Positions 1 to 8,943 of a DNA stretch of 64,000 bases are shown one piece after another. The DNA lies in IMG/VR virus record IMGVR_UViG_3300025789_001553, positions 1 to 64,000 of that record; one strand, written 5' to 3'. The position numbers and the translations under genes are program-made. Positions within the stretch are counted from its first letter, which is position 1, and each line of letters begins with the position of its first letter. The notes beneath the pieces are model-generated. The model was given only the letters and a program-made list of their open reading frames with translations. It had not been told where the DNA came from and did not search any database. This DNA comes from a virus.

Positions 1-270
1 ATCATCCTTAGCTTTTGGTATCTTAAGGTCTGTATTAGTTAAAGCAGACATCGTAGAGATATCTCTAAAGAAATCCATATTAATTACTTTATGTTCTTTA
101 ACATTGCATGCTTTAGCTTGAAACTTAGCACAATCGATTTCTCGAGCAATCCGTTGACCATAGTTAAAAGTAACAGCATATACTTCATCGTATTTAAGTG
201 TTTTAGTTACATAGTGTAGTAATACAGTACTATCCATTCCGCCCGATAATATAACTAATGCTTTATTCAT
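1..270 (-). CDS. queC: 7-cyano-7-deazaguanine synthase QueC, N-terminal part (runs off the window edge)
   Basis: Not in ORF track. Manual translation from ATG at 270: MNKALVILSGGMDSTVLLHYVTKTLKYDEVYAVTFNYGQRIAREIDCAK..., with the SGGxDS PP-loop and F(N/D)YGQR motifs of QueC; open to position 1. Confidence 0.93.
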   Translation of the reverse strand, partial: MNKALVILSGGMDSTVLLHYVTKTLKYDEVYAVTFNYGQRIAREIDCAKFQAKACNVKEHKVINMDFFRDISTMSALTNTDLKIPKAKDD

Positions 271-330
271 ATGTGTATTTTAAATTATAAATGAGAAAAT
301 TCAATGTGGTTTGATAAATAATATGTACAT

Positions 331-1071
331 ATGTCTACGTTTGCAAATAAATTTTTGAAAGCTCTTAATGAAGATACAGAAGGTAATGCCTTTACTGGTG
401 CTTTACATAATACTAAAAAAGGTAAAAAAGCTAAAGTAGACGGTAAAGAAATTATTAACACTACTGGTACAATTCCAGAAGATAAAAAGTGGATTCAACA
501 TGCACATGCTAAAAAGGGCGGTCTTCATAAAGCTTTACATGTAAAACAAGGTGAAAAAATTCCAGCAGCTAAGTTAGATAAAGCTTTACATAGCAAAAAT
601 CCTCATGTTAAACACATGGCACAATTTGCAAAGAACATTAAAGGTTTAAAAGAAAATGTAATGGAAGCCCCAAAAGCTCAACCAGAAGCTCCTGCAGCTG
701 ATGCTCCTGCACAAAATGATGATGCAGCAGCTTGGCAAAAATCTTTAGACAAGGGTACTAACCCAAAAGACTTTGACGTAGCAGATAATCCACAGCACAC
801 CGTTGACACAACCGGTATTCAAGCTGCTCATGAATGGATACAAAAGCTCGAAGAAATGGCACACTTTGTTAATGGTACAGGACCAGAAAGCTTAAACTCA
901 CAAATCAATCAATTAGAAATTAAGAATTCAGTTCCTTTCCGTGGTATTGTTCGTCGTGAAGAAAAACGTATTACTAAGTTGGCTGAAAACTTACGCGGTT
1001 TAGCTGAAGTGTTTAAGTCAGTAGTTATTACTTCTGAAAAGAAGATCAAAGACGTTAACTCACCTCGTTAA
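331..1071 (+). CDS. hypothetical protein, possible internal head protein with a basic Lys/His-rich module
   Basis: 246 aa ORF; TAAATA at 315-320; N-terminus FLKALNE; basic segment KKWIQHAHAKKGGLHKALHVKQGEKIP. Confidence 0.5.
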   Translation: MSTFANKFLKALNEDTEGNAFTGALHNTKKGKKAKVDGKEIINTTGTIPEDKKWIQHAHAKKGGLHKALHVKQGEKIPAAKLDKALHSKNPHVKHMAQFAKNIKGLKENVMEAPKAQPEAPAADAPAQNDDAAAWQKSLDKGTNPKDFDVADNPQHTVDTTGIQAAHEWIQKLEEMAHFVNGTGPESLNSQINQLEIKNSVPFRGIVRREEKRITKLAENLRGLAEVFKSVVITSEKKIKDVNSPR

Positions 1072-2087
1072 TTACATTTAACCTGGGAGTAATGTAATAG
1101 ACCTTTCATACCGCAATGGGTATATTTGTTTATAAACTCTGAACTTATTTCATCCTTTTTAGTGTGTATACACAACTCGTTTAAATCTTTAAACTTAATA
1201 AGCTCTTTTGGCCAAATAAACACACATTGGTCTGCTTCAAGTAACTCTTTAGTTACCTTGTGTGAAGTTTTATCTCTCCACTGATTATCTAATACATACA
1301 CTATTTTGTGAAACGGAAACTTAGTGGTTATAGTGCTTAGTTGCTCTTTAGTAGGATGTATACCAGCTAACGCCACACTATTACGTAAGAACATAGCATC
1401 AATAGGTCCTTCCTGTAGGTATATGTAATCAATATCAGAAGTAACCTTATCTAAATTAAATATGCCTTTTTCACTATTAGCTTTAGATAGATACTTTGCT
1501 CTGTCTTCATCTACTTTATACAGTGCCCTGGACTGATAGTGTTCTACTTTAGTGTTGCTATCTGCCGAATAAAAAGGAAATATAACTCTATTCTTGTGTG
1601 TATAGTCTGTTAAACTTAACCAAAGAGCTCTTGGCTTATTAATAGCTGTATCAAGTCGTCTATTAGTTATAAACGCTAAAGCATCCTGTACTACTTGGTT
1701 TTCTTTATAAAATGATACCTGATTAGGGTCGTACATGTTTATACTGTCATCTGGTAAGCTCTTAGGGTTGTACTTTTTATATGTTACTGATTTCTTAATA
1801 ATATCTTCTACTGTTTCAGCATGTGTCTCAGATTCGGATAAAATTTCAGATAGTGACATACCAGTTCTATCTTTGACGAAATCTATGCCACTCTTACTCT
1901 CATTACAGTTATGACAGTATAAATGATCTTCTTCTGGTATATAAAAGAATCTACGTTTTCTACCCGCGCTCTTACCTTCATGACAATACGGACATTCTCC
2001 TGCATACGTGCCGGTACTTTTCTTAAATACTGGTCTTTTACAGTATTGAAAGAATGTACGAATAACTAAGTTTTGAGATATTTGCAC
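1068..2087 (-). CDS. DNA primase (T4 gp61-like)
   Basis: Zn finger CPYC...CHNC, TOPRIM EGPIDAMF and LDN; likely start GTG at 2087 (ORF track extends to 2129, overlapping the next gene). Confidence 0.92.
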   Translation of the reverse strand: MQISQNLVIRTFFQYCKRPVFKKSTGTYAGECPYCHEGKSAGRKRRFFYIPEEDHLYCHNCNESKSGIDFVKDRTGMSLSEILSESETHAETVEDIIKKSVTYKKYNPKSLPDDSINMYDPNQVSFYKENQVVQDALAFITNRRLDTAINKPRALWLSLTDYTHKNRVIFPFYSADSNTKVEHYQSRALYKVDEDRAKYLSKANSEKGIFNLDKVTSDIDYIYLQEGPIDAMFLRNSVALAGIHPTKEQLSTITTKFPFHKIVYVLDNQWRDKTSHKVTKELLEADQCVFIWPKELIKFKDLNELCIHTKKDEISSEFINKYTHCGMKGLLHYSQVKCN

Positions 2088-2106
2088 AGTAGAGTAATTA
2101 TATGTT

Positions 2107-2562
2107 ATGGGCACCGCTAAAAATAGCAAATATATTCAGGGAATTTATAACCCTATAAACAAAGAAAAATATATAGGTAATACAAATCCTTCATATAGGT
2201 CTCTATTAGAACGGAAGTTTTTTTATTATTTTGATACTAACCCAAACGTTACTGCTTGGGCAAGTGAATCAATTGTAGTGCCCTATTATAACGACGTCGA
2301 TAAAAAAGTACACAAGTATTACGTAGATTTAGTTGCAGCTATTAAAGATGAACAAGGTAACATACAAAAATATTTAATAGAAGTAAAACCTCATGCTCAA
2401 ACTCAAGCACCAGTGCCTTCTGACAGAAAAAAGTCGAGTACTGTTTTATATGAAAATTTAATGTATCACCAGAATCAGTGCAAATGGAAAGCCGCGAGTG
2501 AATACGCGGCTAAAAAAGGAATGAAGTTTATTGTACTGACTGAAAAATTCTTAGGTAATTAA
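2107..2562 (+). CDS. head completion nuclease (T4 gp4-like, TnsA-type)
   Basis: QGIYNPINKEKYIG, YRSLLE, WASE, YYVD, LIEVKP, NQCKWKAA motifs. Confidence 0.88.
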   Translation: MGTAKNSKYIQGIYNPINKEKYIGNTNPSYRSLLERKFFYYFDTNPNVTAWASESIVVPYYNDVDKKVHKYYVDLVAAIKDEQGNIQKYLIEVKPHAQTQAPVPSDRKKSSTVLYENLMYHQNQCKWKAASEYAAKKGMKFIVLTEKFLGN

Positions 2563-3197
2563 TCAGCTTCTACAGGGTCTGTTTCATCAGCATCGTAAGG
2601 GCTCTTTTTCATAGCCTTCACGTAATGGGAAACATAAGGATCAGCTTCTACTTCATCCCCATCTTCGTCTTTATCTACCTTAGGAGCAACTTCTGCTGCT
2701 TTACGTTTAGCAGCTAAAATACGGTCACGTTCAGCTTTTGGCTTCATAAAGAAACTACGTAAACGAGCCATCTTAGCAGCTTTTTCAGCTTCTGGATTAA
2801 ATTCAGGCTCAACTTCACTTGGTTCTTCACCTTTAGCTAAAGCTATCATACCCAAAACGTCTTTAAAATTACCTTCAAATGGTGTTTGACCTGGTAATGT
2901 GTTTGCAAGATGTTTGTATATCTCTTCTGGAGATAAACCTTGTGATACTAATTGATCCACTATTTCTTGTTTGCGTGGATCTATCTCTGTATGATGTACA
3001 GCAGGTGCTATAGGAGCAGCAGCTGGAGTAGTACCACCTCTTGTAGATTTCTTGAAGTGATAATATGCACTTGGACCTTTAGCCAATTCAGGATTTGCTG
3101 CTTTCCAGTCAGCAAATGAAGCATTAGGGTTACGGCCTTCCACTTCTTCTGAAGTAAGGGATTCATTAATTACGTTTGCAAGCTTGTTAAAATTCAT
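2559..3197 (-). CDS. hypothetical protein (candidate internal head protein)
   Basis: 212 aa; TAAGTA upstream (3211-3216); N-terminus MNFNKLANVINE. Confidence 0.5.
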   Translation of the reverse strand: MNFNKLANVINESLTSEEVEGRNPNASFADWKAANPELAKGPSAYYHFKKSTRGGTTPAAAPIAPAVHHTEIDPRKQEIVDQLVSQGLSPEEIYKHLANTLPGQTPFEGNFKDVLGMIALAKGEEPSEVEPEFNPEAEKAAKMARLRSFFMKPKAERDRILAAKRKAAEVAPKVDKDEDGDEVEADPYVSHYVKAMKKSPYDADETDPVEAD

Positions 3198-3234
3198 ACG
3201 GTAATATGATTACTTACACAATTTAAGGCAAGTT

Positions 3235-3945
3235 TTATTTCATTTTTTTCATAGGTTCAATTAAGTTTTGTTGTAAGAGTTCCTTCTGTAGGAAATCCGA
3301 AACAATAGACTCATTTTCCCCATATAAATCACCTTTATCGTTGATATAAAGGCTAATCATTGCAATACGTTCTTGTCTTGAACCGAAAATCGGAATAATA
3401 GGCGGGCAATCTTCGTGATTAAAGAAACGTGTACCTTTACCCTTTTCCCATGCTTTATATATACCTTCGAATATATGACCTATCTCTGAACGATAAACCG
3501 GGTCTATATCTCTATTAGGTGCAGCTGCTAATAATACATCGTTCTCTTTACAAAACGGTAGGTAAAATATAACTGAATATGAGCTCATAGCATTACGAAC
3601 TAATGCTACGCACTTATCGATAAATGCTTCATCTATACCACCCAAGCCTTTGTCATACAAATAAAGTGAATAAACCAGATTATCTAATGGTGTACGGTCA
3701 AATATCATTTTCTTTTTGCCGTAATTTGCCATAGCCTCATCTACAAGAAAATTAAGAATAATTTCTTGAGACTCTTTTGTTGCTTCTTTATTGAGAGGTA
3801 GTTTCTTCTTTTTTACCAAATCTCTATACGACTTAGTTGGAGATTCAAATACAGGCCACTTTTCCTTAAAATCTGCTACAAGTGTAGACTTACCTACACA
3901 CTGGGTACCGATAATGCCAACTTTATTAAGTTTAGAGGTGCTCAT
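3235..3945 (-). CDS. P-loop nucleotide kinase-like ATPase (AAA_28/NadR-like)
   Basis: Walker A GTQCVGKST and FDRTPLD motif typical of NMP-kinase-fold proteins. Confidence 0.75.
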   Translation of the reverse strand: MSTSKLNKVGIIGTQCVGKSTLVADFKEKWPVFESPTKSYRDLVKKKKLPLNKEATKESQEIILNFLVDEAMANYGKKKMIFDRTPLDNLVYSLYLYDKGLGGIDEAFIDKCVALVRNAMSSYSVIFYLPFCKENDVLLAAAPNRDIDPVYRSEIGHIFEGIYKAWEKGKGTRFFNHEDCPPIIPIFGSRQERIAMISLYINDKGDLYGENESIVSDFLQKELLQQNLIEPMKKMK

Positions 3946-4259
3946 TTATTTGATTTATTCTTCTTAGCTACTTTAGCAAATTTCTTCTGTACTTTGTTTT
4001 TTGCATCAGATTCTGTTACAAGGTCTTGAATACTAATATCATCATACGATGCGTCTTCTCCGTTAACATCTACCCAATCAAGTACACAATTGTGAGGTGG
4101 GTTGTAACCTATAGCTTTAACAAAAGCGTTAAACTGCTCTGTTAGTTCCTCTAAGTCGGCTTGACCGTCAAATATAATTTCAATCTTACGAGGCACACTG
4201 ACATTAATATCGTCATTAGTATGCTCTAACGTATATGTGAATTTTATTTCTTGTTTCAT
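3942..4259 (-). CDS. hypothetical protein
   Basis: 105 aa ORF, 4-nt overlap with the downstream gene. Confidence 0.6.
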   Translation of the reverse strand: MKQEIKFTYTLEHTNDDINVSVPRKIEIIFDGQADLEELTEQFNAFVKAIGYNPPHNCVLDWVDVNGEDASYDDISIQDLVTESDAKNKVQKKFAKVAKKNKSNK

Positions 4260-4262
4260 ATA

Positions 4263-4424
4263 TTATACCATTTCTTCAATAATACCGAGTATTTCTGCTA
4301 CGATTAGTAATATACCGGTAACCCAGAGAGCACCGAAGCAAAGACATGTACCCGCAATAATACGAATAATGCTTTTGATAATACTAATGTTTTTATGTTT
4401 TTTAGGATCAGGAATGTCGTTCAT
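4263..4424 (-). CDS. small membrane protein (53 aa)
   Basis: Not in ORF track. Manual translation MNDIPDPKKHKNISIIKSIIRIIAGTCLCFGALWVTGILLIVAEILGIIEEMV; fills the gap between queE and 3942..4259 on the same strand. Confidence 0.7.
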   Translation of the reverse strand: MNDIPDPKKHKNISIIKSIIRIIAGTCLCFGALWVTGILLIVAEILGIIEEMV

Positions 4425-4427
4425 ATA

Positions 4428-5231
4428 TTAAACCTTGAGTGCGCGATCCCAAACTTGCAAGTGTAATCTGTTAGAGAATTTAAAACCATACTTTTTGCAA
4501 AGCTCTGCTACTACTGGTCCAACTTCTAATAATTCTTTACGACTACCACAGCAAGGCATAATCCATACTTGCTCTGAACGTAAACCTACATCTGGGTTGT
4601 TTAAATATTTTTCTAACACTTCATTTAAATCAGACTCTTGTCTTGCTACGAACTTAAAACAAGCATCTTTCTTTACTAAGAAACGTAAGACTTCTGGTTT
4701 AAAGCGCTTATCTTCAGGGTCTCCATTACTTGATAGTTTTGGCGATGTTGTGTATGTAACAATACAACCAATTTGATCCCATTCTGGGTCAGGCATTAAA
4801 GTAGCATTAGTTTCAAAATCAATATGTAATGATGGTCTGTTAGTATCATCCATAGTGAGAGTTTTACTATAGTTTGCAAAACCCCAACGATCTCTAATAA
4901 ATTTAACGAACTCAATTAAGTTCTTTTGCTGAATAAAAGGTTCACCACCGGTAATTTTAAGTAGAGCGCCTTGTCTTAGATTCTCATCATAACCATTCTT
5001 TTCGTAAAATTGAGCAATCTCTTCAAACGTCATCTTGTTCTTCTTAGACCAGCTGACATAAGAGTCACAACCAAATGGTGCATCTTCACTTTTAAAACCG
5101 ATACACGTAAGGTTGCACATAGACAATCTCATAAACACTGAAGGGTAACCGATATAACGGCCTTCACCTTCTAATGTATAAAATACGAAATCGTCTGAAA
5201 GAAATAAAGTTTTATTAGGGTCAATTGGCAT
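4428..5231 (-). CDS. queE: 7-carboxy-7-deazaguanine synthase QueE (radical SAM)
   Basis: FYTLEGEG, FMRLSMCNLTC...CDS, ITGGEP, FETN, SPKL, RLHLQVW; adjacent to queD. Confidence 0.93.
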   Translation of the reverse strand: MPIDPNKTLFLSDDFVFYTLEGEGRYIGYPSVFMRLSMCNLTCIGFKSEDAPFGCDSYVSWSKKNKMTFEEIAQFYEKNGYDENLRQGALLKITGGEPFIQQKNLIEFVKFIRDRWGFANYSKTLTMDDTNRPSLHIDFETNATLMPDPEWDQIGCIVTYTTSPKLSSNGDPEDKRFKPEVLRFLVKKDACFKFVARQESDLNEVLEKYLNNPDVGLRSEQVWIMPCCGSRKELLEVGPVVAELCKKYGFKFSNRLHLQVWDRALKV

Positions 5232-5252
5232 ACGTTATTATATTATATAAGA

Positions 5253-5717
5253 TTAGCTTTTCCACTCTCCATCATGAATTGTTTCAAATATAGCTGAATT
5301 GTCCGGGTGTTCCCACACTTCAACTTTAGAACACCAGCAACGACCTAATGTGAGATCATTTACAAATTCATTTGCTTCTTTATGACAATATTCAGCAAAC
5401 TTTTCAATACCTACACCGCCAGACATTATACGTAAATCTATAATCTCTTTTTTATTGAGCATTTGAAATGTTTGTAGTTCGGGATCCTTTTCCCACACTA
5501 CAGTTGTATGATCAAACTGCTCTTCTAATGCTGTCTTAAGCGGTTTAAGAGCACCAAAATCTACTACCCAATTGTTATCATCTAATTGATTACATTCAAA
5601 CCAGAACTTAGCTTGTAATCTATAACCATGAATAAAGTGACAGTGACTGTTTGCAAAAGGTTGGCGAAATGCGCACGACCCTAACGGAATAACTTTAGTA
5701 GAAGTGTATTTTGACAT
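5253..5717 (-). CDS. queD: 6-carboxy-5,6,7,8-tetrahydropterin synthase QueD
   Basis: HCHFIHGY, WVVDFG, FDHT, VEVWEH motifs. Confidence 0.92.
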   Translation of the reverse strand: MSKYTSTKVIPLGSCAFRQPFANSHCHFIHGYRLQAKFWFECNQLDDNNWVVDFGALKPLKTALEEQFDHTTVVWEKDPELQTFQMLNKKEIIDLRIMSGGVGIEKFAEYCHKEANEFVNDLTLGRCWCSKVEVWEHPDNSAIFETIHDGEWKS

Positions 5718-5743
5718 AACTTCATACTATAATAAAAATAATT

Positions 5744-6097
5744 TTAATCAAGCTTTTCTAAATGGTTTTGTACCCATTTTAGCAAGGTGTCTTCATCTAT
5801 ATCATCTGGAGCACACATCATTGCATTATTATCCGCGTCATTAGTATCAAATAAGCTTCTTTGTAAAGTGCGTTTTTCTTCTTTTTCATCAATTCTGAAA
5901 TATATAAATGCTCTTTTGTCTTTTATTACAGTTTTACCTGCTAAAACAAAATACATACAGTTTACTCTGCACCAAGTGCCTAATTCATAAAATTGCAGTA
6001 AGTTTATAAAGTCATTACGGTTTTTATCCGTTTTAAAATAGATAAAAATTGGTAAGTCAATACTACTGTATGTTTTATCGCGATACTTTATATACAC
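5744..6097 (-). CDS. hypothetical protein
   Basis: 117 aa ORF, GTG start. Confidence 0.55.
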   Translation of the reverse strand: MYIKYRDKTYSSIDLPIFIYFKTDKNRNDFINLLQFYELGTWCRVNCMYFVLAGKTVIKDKRAFIYFRIDEKEEKRTLQRSLFDTNDADNNAMMCAPDDIDEDTLLKWVQNHLEKLD

Positions 6098-6116
6098 TTT
6101 ATTATGGCATATTTAT

Positions 6117-6124
6117 TATAAATA
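6117..6124 (+). promoter_or_regulatory. T4-type late promoter TATAAATA
   Basis: Exact T4 late consensus 6 nt upstream of the lysozyme ATG; gp55 homologue in the window. Confidence 0.65.
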
Positions 6125-6130
6125 TAACTA

Positions 6131-6745
6131 ATGCAATCGGTAAAGCATAATAAGCAAGTAAATATAAAAGAAGCCATTATGGATGTACCTCCACCACCTC
6201 CAATCCATTTTGACAATCCTGCAGCAATTGTACATAAAGTAAACAAACCGGCGGCTGATTTTAAGTCTTTTTACCAGGCAAGCTTTATGCCAACACCTGA
6301 CTTTATCAATTATATTAAAGGTGTAGAAAACAGTACACATACAGGTTTTAAACACGGGTTGTGGCACCCACACAAAAGTGTCGAGGGCGGTACTGATACT
6401 ATTGCTTATGGCCACAAACTACATCACGGTGATATTTTTAGTAAAGGTCTTACTGATGAAGAAGCAACTAAGCTTTTAATTAAAGATATAATGAAAGCTT
6501 CAGAGACAGCTAAGCACGTCATTAATAAAACTTACGGTGCTGGTGTATTTGAAAAGTTACCAACTAAAAGCAAGGAAATGTTAATAGATTTCGCATTTAA
6601 TGGTGTTATTAACAAATTTCCACAATTTGTAGACGGCGTAATTAACAACGACATTGATACAATGATGACACAGTACAAACGTCACTCTAACGGCAAAGAG
6701 CTAACCGGTCGCAATCATGCATTTGCAAACCGGTACTTTAATTAA
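6131..6745 (+). CDS. phage lysozyme-like muramidase (GH24-like) with Pro-rich N-terminal extension
   Basis: YIKGVE (candidate catalytic Glu), GGTDTIAYGHKL, LTDEEATKLLIKDI, LIDFAFN. Confidence 0.75.
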   Translation: MQSVKHNKQVNIKEAIMDVPPPPPIHFDNPAAIVHKVNKPAADFKSFYQASFMPTPDFINYIKGVENSTHTGFKHGLWHPHKSVEGGTDTIAYGHKLHHGDIFSKGLTDEEATKLLIKDIMKASETAKHVINKTYGAGVFEKLPTKSKEMLIDFAFNGVINKFPQFVDGVINNDIDTMMTQYKRHSNGKELTGRNHAFANRYFN

Positions 6746-7089
6746 AGACCTTCTACTATTTGTTTAATACGGTCTGCTACTTGATCAGCGTTATCTTTAG
6801 TAACGTGGGTTTCAAATATAGATTTGTCTTGTTCACTAATCGTAGAAGAATCAACAGCTAAAGCTTTAAGTGCAAGTTCTACTAAGAATACTTTACCCTC
6901 AGGGGTCATTGGTTGAGCTTCTTGTTGCTCCGGAGCTGCAGGTGCTGGTGCTTGTGCTGGTGCTTGTGCAGGAGCAGCTGCTGTAGTTTGATCTCCTTGT
7001 TGACCGCCGGTTTGATCTAAACCAGTTTGTTGATCAGCCTCTAAAAGATTAAAATAAAATTCGTTTATTTTTTTATTAAATTTACTCAT
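6742..7089 (-). CDS. hypothetical protein (Ala/Pro/Gln-rich linker)
   Basis: 115 aa; APAQ repeats; N-terminus FNKKINEFYFNLLE. Confidence 0.55.
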   Translation of the reverse strand: MSKFNKKINEFYFNLLEADQQTGLDQTGGQQGDQTTAAAPAQAPAQAPAPAAPEQQEAQPMTPEGKVFLVELALKALAVDSSTISEQDKSIFETHVTKDNADQVADRIKQIVEGL

Positions 7090-7463
7090 GGTTGTTTCAT
7101 TATTGCTTGAGCTTGTTGTAACTTTGCATTAGCAGCAGCAAGTGCAGCTGTAGCAGCGGCTTTTTGTGTAGGGTCTTGTGTATTGGCTTGACTTTTAAGT
7201 TGTCCAATTTGACTGTTAACTGAATTAATATCTTGTTGTGCCTGTACTTTTTGTTTTTTCTTTAAATCAGCTGTATCTTTATTAACTTTGTCTTGTGCTT
7301 GTGCTAAAGCTGGATTTGGTGCAGAAGTCGGTGCAACAGGTGCAGTACCAGGCAATGCTCCAGGATTCGCTCCATCTTCAGTCGCAAGACCACTCTTATT
7401 AAATTTTGCTACAATAGCTAAAAATTTACTTTTAGGTTTAAACTTCTCGTATAACGTTTCCAT
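7086..7463 (-). CDS. hypothetical Ala/Gln-rich protein
   Basis: 125 aa; TAAATA at 7470-7475. Confidence 0.55.
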   Translation of the reverse strand: METLYEKFKPKSKFLAIVAKFNKSGLATEDGANPGALPGTAPVAPTSAPNPALAQAQDKVNKDTADLKKKQKVQAQQDINSVNSQIGQLKSQANTQDPTQKAAATAALAAANAKLQQAQAIMKQP

Positions 7464-7505
7464 TGTTATTATTTACTGACTTACAACAAAAATAAAGAAC
7501 TATAG

Positions 7506-7535
7506 TTGATTTTTCGTGGATTCATTTAATATAAT
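7506..7535 (+). promoter_or_regulatory. sigma70-like promoter with no downstream gene
   Basis: TTGATT-N18-TATAAT pointing into a non-coding stretch. Confidence 0.4.
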
Positions 7536-7677
7536 ACCGGGGAGGGAAAAGACGGACTATGTACAGATAGTAATCTATACGTTATGTTTGTTATAGGTTT
7601 TTCTTGTTTATTTTTTAATAGGCTCGCTGCGCTCGCCTGATATATCATATATAATATATATATCTCCCGGAAACTTG

Positions 7678-8160
7678 CTACTTGCACTGGTTTAGAATAT
7701 CCGGACTTATCTTGCGCTTTTTAAGGTATGTTACTAATTTCCGGTGGGAGTATTTGTTGTGATCGAAATTAAAGCGGTAATTAGTTACACTGTTAATTAA
7801 TTCAGTAGATTCCCCGGATTTGCTGTATATACAATCATAATATATTGTATTAGTATATACTATTAGATTTAATGCATTTGCTACGCTTTTAAAGTTAGAT
7901 TTTATATCTTTATATGTATCTAACTTTTCGTTAATGTAAAATATTATGTTCTTTTTATGTTCTTTAAAATTTACCTGTATTTCAAGTACTTGTTGCAATA
8001 TATAATAAACTAATAGCCTGCTTGCATCTTTTTTAGGTAAATCATCAGCAAACACCTGAAACTCGCTTCTTAACTTTGTTAAATAGCTGTTTTGTATATC
8101 TTCAGCTACACTTTCAAAGTCTACTACTATCAAGTGAAGATCTGTCTGGTGATATCGCAT
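7678..8160 (-). CDS. hypothetical protein
   Basis: 160 aa ORF. Confidence 0.55.
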   Translation of the reverse strand: MRYHQTDLHLIVVDFESVAEDIQNSYLTKLRSEFQVFADDLPKKDASRLLVYYILQQVLEIQVNFKEHKKNIIFYINEKLDTYKDIKSNFKSVANALNLIVYTNTIYYDCIYSKSGESTELINSVTNYRFNFDHNKYSHRKLVTYLKKRKISPDILNQCK

Positions 8161-8611
8161 TATTGTTTATAATAACACCGTTTTCTTCTTGTGCAAGCTT
8201 TTTTAATAGTGCGTCAGGTGCTCTTCCAATACGGCAATTTATAATACCGTTGTAATATCCTTCTTTTAACAGTACATTGTTGTCAAACTGTATTTTAGCT
8301 TCGTAATATGCTAATTCAAACTTACTATCACAAAAACGCAATATTTCAAATTTAAACTTGTCTTTACCGATTTTTTTTATATCTTCATTAACATCATTAG
8401 ATGATGAAGTATAAGTCTTCCAATCTGTTTCTACGTCGAAGTGTCTTTTGTTTTTTCTTCCTTTAAGCGGTTTAAGTTTTTTAACGCTTCTAATCTGCTT
8501 TTTACCGAAATAGACCTTACCACTGACCACGTTTGTAATACGATAAATAAAACCGTAAGGCAGAATATTGTTGTTGAAAGCTTCATTTGTTGTCCAGTGG
8601 CCTAAATCCAT
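8114..8611 (-). CDS. GIY-YIG family (Seg-like) endonuclease
   Basis: YGFIYRITN...VYFGKK, WKTYTSSS, FKFEIL, YYNG. Confidence 0.82.
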   Translation of the reverse strand: MDLGHWTTNEAFNNNILPYGFIYRITNVVSGKVYFGKKQIRSVKKLKPLKGRKNKRHFDVETDWKTYTSSSNDVNEDIKKIGKDKFKFEILRFCDSKFELAYYEAKIQFDNNVLLKEGYYNGIINCRIGRAPDALLKKLAQEENGVIINNNAISPDRSSLDSSRL

Positions 8612-8624
8612 TTACTTTGACTTA

Positions 8625-8900
8625 TTACAAACCTGGCGGAGTTCTACGGATAACCTTAAATTTGGATTTAAAACCTGGATTATTTTTAGGAGCTTTAAAT
8701 TTAGATTTTTTCTTCTTTGTTTTTTCCGGAGCACCAAATAGATTGCGAGCATCGCCTGGTGCATATATTTTATCACTACTTTGACCTATAGGTACACCAG
8801 CAGCTGCACTTGTGCTTCCGATTCCTGCAGCTGCAGTAGTACCTGCTGCCGCTCCCATATCTTCTAAGATTTTCTGTATTTTTTTATCAAATTTTTTCAC
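8625..8900 (-). CDS. small basic hypothetical protein
   Basis: 91 aa; N-terminus FDKKIQKILE; DKIYAPGDAR. Confidence 0.55.
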   Translation of the reverse strand: MKKFDKKIQKILEDMGAAAGTTAAAGIGSTSAAAGVPIGQSSDKIYAPGDARNLFGAPEKTKKKKSKFKAPKNNPGFKSKFKVIRRTPPGL

Positions 8901-8902
8901 TG

Positions 8903-8930
8903 TTGATTATATTAAAGATTATATTATACT
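8903..8930 (+). promoter_or_regulatory. sigma70-like promoter for uvsY-uvsW
   Basis: TTGATT-N16-TATACT. Confidence 0.55.
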
Positions 8931-8943
8931 TATGTTGTTTATT

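Noticed and set aside
4237-4431. Plus-strand 64-aa ORF
   Set aside because: Antisense shadow of the 53-aa minus-strand membrane protein at 4263..4424, which fits the operon
6930-6985. Short tandem repeat (GGTGCTTGTGCT-like units)
   Set aside because: Encodes an APAQ linker within a protein; not an independent repeat element
8114-8611. GIY-YIG gene as an intron-encoded mobile element
   Set aside because: Free-standing, no interrupted host gene or group I intron structure evident, and no long DNA-binding C-terminal domain
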